From Candidatus Eremiobacteria bacterium (GTDB lineage: Bacteria > Vulcanimicrobiota > Vulcanimicrobiia > Vulcanimicrobiales > Vulcanimicrobiaceae), in contig CAVWUU010000004.1 of assembly GCA_963758295.1 (NCBI GenBank), positions 992,001 to 1,056,000 on the forward strand: a DNA stretch of 64,000 bases, read 5' to 3'. A program made the translations under genes and the position numbers. The notes beneath the pieces are model-generated. The model did not search any database. It saw only the letters and a list, made by a program, of their open reading frames with translations, and had not been told where the DNA came from. Within the stretch, counting starts at the first letter, position 1. Every line of letters starts with the position of its first letter. Of this stretch, positions 59,094-64,000 are shown piece after piece.

Positions 59094-60998
59094 ATGACGA
59101 CGACTTGTGAGGTCTGCCGGATCCGCGACGCTACGGTCTTCAACGGCCGCACCTCGCTTTGCACCGCATGCGCGCAGCGCCGCTCGGCAACGAGCGCTCT
59201 TCCGTTCCTTGGCGCGGCACTCGCCGCGGCGGGACTGATTGCGGGCGGCGCCCTGATCTACGAGAACCGCGATGAACTTTCACGCAAACTAGGCGCGACT
59301 GGAACGCCTACATTGCAGAACTTCTCGCGCGACCTCACCGATCTCGCGAGGAACGGCAAACTCGATCCCGTCGTCGGCCGCGACGAAGAAATCGAACGCG
59401 TCGTTTCAATTCTCGCGCGGCGCAGCAAGAACAATCCGGTTCTTGTGGGCGAACCCGGCGTCGGAAAAACCGCCATCGTAGAAGGCCTCGCGCAACGCAT
59501 CATCGCCGGCAACGTGCCTGCAACGCTTCGGAACAAACGTGTGCTTTCGCTTACCCTTGGGCCGCTCGTGGCCGGCACCAAATATCGCGGCGAATTCGAA
59601 AGCCGCGTCAAACGCATTCTCGACGAAGTTAAGCGCAGTGCGCGCGACGTAGTGCTGTTCATCGACGAGTTACACACGCTCGTCGGTGCCGGTGCGGCTG
59701 AAGGATCGCTCGATTTGAGCTCTATGATCAAGCCGGAACTTGCGCGCGGCGAGCTGCAGTGCATCGGCGCAACGACGTTCGACGAATACCGAAAGTACAT
59801 CGAGTCCGATGCGGCGTTGGAACGCCGCTTCCAACCGGTGATGGTCGACGAGCCGTCGATCGAACAAACCATCGCCATTTTACGCGGCCTCAAAGACGGC
59901 TACGCACGCCACCATCAGGTGATAATCGAAGATTCGGCGCTTGAAGCGGCTGCATCGCTGTCCGCGCGATACATCGCGGATCGTTTCTTGCCCGACAAAG
60001 CCATCGACCTGATGGATGAAGCCGCCGCTTCGGTCGCGTTGCTCGGAAAGGGCATTTCGTCGTATCCCGCCGTGCGCGCTCAAGACGTGGCGGCCGTAGT
60101 CACCAAATGGACCGGCATTCCGCAATCGACGCTCTCCGAATCGCAAGCCAATCAATTGCTTTCGCTTGATGACACCCTTTCGAAACGCGTCATCGGCCAG
60201 CGTCGCGCGATCGAATCGGTAGCGCAGGCCATTCGGCGCGCGCGCGCCGGATTGCACGACCCGCGCAAACCGCTTGGAAGTTTTCTTTTTGCCGGTCCAA
60301 GCGGCGTCGGAAAGACCGAACTAGCCAAAGCGCTCGCAGAATCGCTGTTCGGCAGTGAAACCGCGCTCGTACGGATCGACCTTTCTGAATTTACCGAAGC
60401 GCACACGGTTTCGCGCCTGCTCGGCGCACCTCCGGGATATCAGGGTCACGACGAACCCGGACAGTTAACGGAACCCGTGCGCCGGCGTCCGTACTGCGTA
60501 GTGCTTTTCGACGAACTGGAAAAGGCGCATCCCGACGTCGCAGCGATCTTACTGCAAATCTTGGACGACGGCCGCGTTACCGATGCCAAAGGTCGAACCG
60601 TCGACTTCCGCCATGCACTGATCGTCCTCACGACGAATCTTCCCGAGGACGAAATTGCGCTCGAATTGCGTCCCGAGCTCATCAACCGCATCGACGACAC
60701 CGTGCATTTCAACACGCTGCAGTTGCCGCAGATCGAGGCGATCGTCGAAATCCACGTCGATGCGCTAGCCGAACGGCTCGGCGCCCGCAACGTGCAACTC
60801 CGCCTATCGGACGAGGCGAAGCAATACCTCGCAAAGGTCTCAATGGGCGCGGGCAGCGGCGCGCGCTACGTCGGCCGCACCGTTTCCCACTACGTCAGCA
60901 CGCCGCTTTCCACCGCAATTCTGCGCGGCGAGCTCAAAGACGGCGGCACCGCCGACGTCACCCTCCAGGGCGACTCTCTCGTCATCAACGCCGCTTAA
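59094..60998 (+). CDS. Hsp100/Clp double-AAA+ ATPase with N-terminal Zn finger and hydrophobic segment
   Basis: [17 protein letters not shown] and [19 protein letters not shown]-terminus CEVC-x14-CTAC + [22 protein letters not shown]. Confidence 0.92.
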   Translation: MTTTCEVCRIRDATVFNGRTSLCTACAQRRSATSALPFLGAALAAAGLIAGGALIYENRDELSRKLGATGTPTLQNFSRDLTDLARNGKLDPVVGRDEEIERVVSILARRSKNNPVLVGEPGVGKTAIVEGLAQRIIAGNVPATLRNKRVLSLTLGPLVAGTKYRGEFESRVKRILDEVKRSARDVVLFIDELHTLVGAGAAEGSLDLSSMIKPELARGELQCIGATTFDEYRKYIESDAALERRFQPVMVDEPSIEQTIAILRGLKDGYARHHQVIIEDSALEAAASLSARYIADRFLPDKAIDLMDEAAASVALLGKGISSYPAVRAQDVAAVVTKWTGIPQSTLSESQANQLLSLDDTLSKRVIGQRRAIESVAQAIRRARAGLHDPRKPLGSFLFAGPSGVGKTELAKALAESLFGSETALVRIDLSEFTEAHTVSRLLGAPPGYQGHDEPGQLTEPVRRRPYCVVLFDELEKAHPDVAAILLQILDDGRVTDAKGRTVDFRHALIVLTTNLPEDEIALELRPELINRIDDTVHFNTLQLPQIEAIVEIHVDALAERLGARNVQLRLSDEAKQYLAKVSMGAGSGARYVGRTVSHYVSTPLSTAILRGELKDGGTADVTLQGDSLVINAA

Positions 60999-61078
60999 CG
61001 CGCGATAAAGCCGCGTTGCCACGTCACAAACCAGCGCTACGAGCGCCTCTAACGGTTAAGTACGAAAGGGGTGAGGCG

Positions 61079-61525
61079 ATGTTTGCAACGTTGGTGCTGG
61101 CGGCTGCCGTGGCTTCGGAGACGCAGTTCTTCGATGATTTGCATGGGTCGTGGAACTGCGGCGGGGTAACGTGGACGATCGCGAAAGCTCCCGGCGATAG
61201 CGCTTGGACGACGGTGACATACGGTAAGGGTGATTCCATCGGTGGCACTGCGTACGTCGGCTGGATTCCACAACTGGAGCGCTACGTCTACCGCGACTTC
61301 CACAACGACGGCCCAATCGCCGAGCTCTCTTCTCCCGCTCCTACAAATGCCATGTGGACTTGGACCGGCAGTTACTATCCGTCCGACGGGCCCGTCGATA
61401 CTTCCGCGCACATCACATGGACGTACCAATCGCCGAACACGCTCGTGCGTCACTTCGGCAAAGTCACCGACGGCAAATACACTGAGATGGGCTCCGACCG
61501 GTGCACTCGGTCTTCTTCAAGCTGA
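61079..61525 (+). CDS. Secreted hypothetical beta-rich protein
   Basis: Short signal peptide, L.GSWNC...DRC (lipocalin-like GxW), RBS upstream. Confidence 0.65.
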   Translation: MFATLVLAAAVASETQFFDDLHGSWNCGGVTWTIAKAPGDSAWTTVTYGKGDSIGGTAYVGWIPQLERYVYRDFHNDGPIAELSSPAPTNAMWTWTGSYYPSDGPVDTSAHITWTYQSPNTLVRHFGKVTDGKYTEMGSDRCTRSSSS

Positions 61526-61551
61526 CGCTCAGCGATTGCTATGGATGGCCC

Positions 61552-61665
61552 GTCAACCTCAGATTATCGAAGGACGGGCGCATGGCAACACCGCTCGATA
61601 CAAGCTTTTGCCTATTATGACGACGACGATTGCATGCGCCTGTCCTTCGACAAGCTCAGGATGAC
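61552..61665. repeat. Inverted pair of 33-bp REP-like elements (REPIN-like)
   Basis: 61552-61584 and 61633-61665 are reverse complements at 28/33 nt; core GTCATCCTGAGCTTGTCGAAGGAC. Confidence 0.8.
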
Positions 61666-61802
61666 GATCGCTGGGGCTTTCGTCAGATGACGATCGCTGC
61701 GGCTTTCGTCAGATGACGATCGCTGGGGCTTTCGTCAGATGACGATCGCTGCGCGGCTTTCGTCAGATGACGATCGCTGGGGCTTTCGTCAGATGGCGAT
61801 CG
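61660..61802 (+). repeat. Tandem array of five 26-bp hairpin units plus a partial unit
   Basis: GATGACGATCGCTG(G/C)GGCTTTCGTCA at 61660, 61686, 61712, 61738 (28 bp), 61766; no spacers. Confidence 0.95.
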
Positions 61803-62327
61803 TTAAAGAATAGCCTTGACGTCGGCTTCCATGTCCGAGCGGGAGAGTTCGCCGATGGCGATTTTACGTACGATGCCCTTGCGGTCGATGAAGACGTGGA
61901 CGGGTAAGCCGTTGATGTTGTAAGCGTCGCGCAACGTGCCCTCGTCGACGACGGCGGGATAGCTTAAGTGATGTTGAGACATAAAGGAGGCCGCTTTGGC
62001 GGAGTTTTCCAAAACATCAACGCCGACGACTTGCAAACCGCGAGACCCGTATTTTTGTTGAAGCTTGTCTACGTCGGGCGCTTCTTCGTTGCACGGCGGA
62101 CACCAGGAAGCGAAGAAGTTTAGATACACGGCCTTGCCGTGCAACGACTCCATTGATAACGTCGTGCCGGTCGCGGTAGGCTCCTGGAAATTCGGCGCCG
62201 GTTCACCAACGGCAGCGACCTTTGGGGCCGGCGCGTCGGTCGAGCTAGCGGAGCTATTGCCGCCGCCGCTATGGCAGGCAGCCAGCCCAAGCGCGGCAAG
62301 AAGAAACGCCGTATTTCGTGCGATCAT
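61803..62327 (-). CDS. TlpA-family thioredoxin-like lipoprotein
   Basis: LAAC lipobox; NFFASWCPPCNEE. Confidence 0.9.
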   Translation of the reverse strand: MIARNTAFLLAALGLAACHSGGGNSSASSTDAPAPKVAAVGEPAPNFQEPTATGTTLSMESLHGKAVYLNFFASWCPPCNEEAPDVDKLQQKYGSRGLQVVGVDVLENSAKAASFMSQHHLSYPAVVDEGTLRDAYNINGLPVHVFIDRKGIVRKIAIGELSRSDMEADVKAIL

Positions 62328-63235
62328 GCGTAACTGGGATACGCCACGGCGTGGAGATCGGTTTGCATTTGAGAAACGAATTCGTCCAAAGAAGCAAAGA
62401 CCCGCTGTTCGCGCACGTAGCGAAGGTCGCGCAAGGCGATTTCATGCCCGTAGATCGTGGAATGGAAATCGCGAATCCAAGCCTCTAAGGTGCGTTTCTC
62501 CCCGTTGAATTGCGGATTCGTTCCGATGGAGAGCAATGCGGCGTAGTCGCGGCCGTCGTAGCGCGCAACGGCGGAGTACACGCCGTCTTTCGGAAGCAAT
62601 TTTTCTTCCACGCGAAGATTAGCCGTCGGAAACCCGAGATCGTGACCGCGCCCAAAGCCGAGTTCGACGCGACCGCGCAATTCGTAGCTGTGCCCGAGCA
62701 GATGATCCGCAAGCTCGAGATTTCCGTCGCCAACGAGCGTGCGGATTCGCGTGCTCGAGATGCGCTCGTCGCCGTCAGTAACGTTCTCGACTGCCGTGAA
62801 TGCAATGTCACGGCCTTCAAAGTACTCACGCATCATCGCCGTATCTCCGGCGCGCTTATGCCCAAAGCGGAACGTACTTCCCACGGCAACGCCGCGCACG
62901 CCCAGACCGCCCACAAGCCGCTCGAGAAATGCCTCGGGCGAGAGCGTAGAAATCGATTCGTCGAACGGAACGAAGAAGCACTCTTCAATGCCCGCTTTGG
63001 CAATGAGATCGATGCGTTCTTCCGCCGTCGTAAGCATTGGCGGTTCGGAACCTGGGCGCAAGAACGCGGCAGGGTGATTCGCGAAGGTCAGCACGCCGCT
63101 ACGCCAGCCGGGTTTGCGAAGGCGTTGCGCGGCGCGTACGATTTCGCGATGGCCGCGATGCATGCCGTCGAAAAAGCCGATCGCGAGGACCAGCGGCCGG
63201 TTATTTTCGCGAAAGAGCTCGTGATAGATCTTCAC
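62324..63235 (-). CDS. ribF: Bifunctional riboflavin kinase/FAD synthetase
   Basis: GFFDGMHRGH, ISSTRIR, GFPTAN, GTNPQF. Confidence 0.95.
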   Translation of the reverse strand: MKIYHELFRENNRPLVLAIGFFDGMHRGHREIVRAAQRLRKPGWRSGVLTFANHPAAFLRPGSEPPMLTTAEERIDLIAKAGIEECFFVPFDESISTLSPEAFLERLVGGLGVRGVAVGSTFRFGHKRAGDTAMMREYFEGRDIAFTAVENVTDGDERISSTRIRTLVGDGNLELADHLLGHSYELRGRVELGFGRGHDLGFPTANLRVEEKLLPKDGVYSAVARYDGRDYAALLSIGTNPQFNGEKRTLEAWIRDFHSTIYGHEIALRDLRYVREQRVFASLDEFVSQMQTDLHAVAYPSYA

Positions 63236-63248
63236 GTTACCCTAAACC

Positions 63249-64000
63249 CTACACGAAGACTTTTCGAGGCGCCAGCATGGCGCCGTGCGCTTCCCCGACA
63301 CCGACCAGCGTTCGGGATTCGTCACGAACGAAAACGTGTTGCGCCGGCGCGCCTTCGGGCAGCGCTACCACGCGTCCGGCGCGAAAATCGGCCGAGCCGC
63401 GCAGATCGAGAACGATCGTTGGGAACGGTATGATATGTTCGGGAGCGATGAGCGAGCTTTGCGGATCTTCGGAAATAGCGTCCATGGTTCGGGCTTCGCC
63501 CAGTATGAACGGGCCCGACGCCTCGCGCACGAGCGCGCCCATATGCGCGGGTACGCCCATCGACGCGCCGATATCCTCGCACAACGTTCTGATGTACGTG
63601 CCTTCGCTGCACGCAATACGCACGCGAGCAACTGCCGTCGTCGCCCGGCTCCGCGCGTCGTAGCCAAGGATCGAAATGCCGTAGATCGTTACACTACGGC
63701 TCTTGCGTTCGACGGTTTTCCCTTCGCGAGCGAGTTCGTAAAGACGCTTGCCATCGTGATGAACCGCGGAGAACATCGGCGGCGTTTGCGCAATGCGACC
63801 GATGAATTGCTGCACTGCCTGCGTGAGCGCGCTTTGCCATCCTTCGGGAACGTTTCCGGTCGCAACCGTTTCGCCAAGCGCATCTTGCGTCGTCGTCGAC
63901 CGGCCGAAGACGATGGTCGCGGCGTACGCCTTGCGCTGATCGGTAAGCAAGGGAATGAGCCGCGTGGCTTTGCCGATCGCGATCGGTAACACGCCCGCAG
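63249..64000 (-). CDS. truB: tRNA pseudouridine55 synthase (5' end outside window)
   Basis: GVLPIAIGKATRL, Q.PPMFSA, GKRLYELAREG, CSEGTYIRTL. Confidence 0.95.
   Translation of the reverse strand, partial: AGVLPIAIGKATRLIPLLTDQRKAYAATIVFGRSTTTQDALGETVATGNVPEGWQSALTQAVQQFIGRIAQTPPMFSAVHHDGKRLYELAREGKTVERKSRSVTIYGISILGYDARSRATTAVARVRIACSEGTYIRTLCEDIGASMGVPAHMGALVREASGPFILGEARTMDAISEDPQSSLIAPEHIIPFPTIVLDLRGSADFRAGRVVALPEGAPAQHVFVRDESRTLVGVGEAHGAMLAPRKVFV

Noticed and set aside
61660..61802. CRISPR array
   Set aside because: Repeats are directly contiguous with no unique spacers, and no cas genes are in the window.
62510..63989. Long + strand ORFs opposite ribF/truB (and similar ones opposite dinG, dnaJ, tdh, pstS)
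   Set aside because: Typical GC-rich antisense open frames with no motifs.

Overview
GC-rich bacterial chromosomal segment from a diderm (OM porin, lipoproteins). Gene style suggests Ca. Eremiobacterota/Vulcanimicrobiota, which is inference only. (1) 1-24.5 kb is a Wzy/Wzc-type exopolysaccharide locus. It has an unusual D-glucuronyl C5-epimerase homologue, a WecC-type dehydrogenase, an Amj-family flippase, three lyase-like QIH-motif proteins, two LamG lipoproteins, two GT-C transferases and an orphan NarL/DosR-like regulator. Most intergenic gaps in the locus carry a 14-bp pseudo-palindrome (RGGAC-N4-GTCCY) resembling the mycobacterial DosR box. (2) 24.5-35.7 kb holds rsmE-dnaJ-hrcA with a CIRCE, acs, S1/P1 nuclease, DinG, rhomboid, DtxR, adenosine deaminase and tRNA-fMet. 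(3) 35.7-39.3 kb is a small tRNA-adjacent islet (MarR, His/Met-rich secreted protein, permuted multicopper oxidase). (4) 39.4-50 kb holds tdk, kbl, tdh and a phoP-phoR-pstCAB-porin-pstS cluster with 11-bp periodic Pho-like boxes. (5) 50-64 kb holds aldolase, NfuA, PIMT, an AttEFGH-like ABC/lipocalin set, ferredoxin, an unusual Zn-finger/hydrophobic-anchor Clp ATPase, a REP pair plus a 26-bp tandem array, ribF and truB. Many genes carry single-base frameshifts, most likely sequencing/assembly indels.
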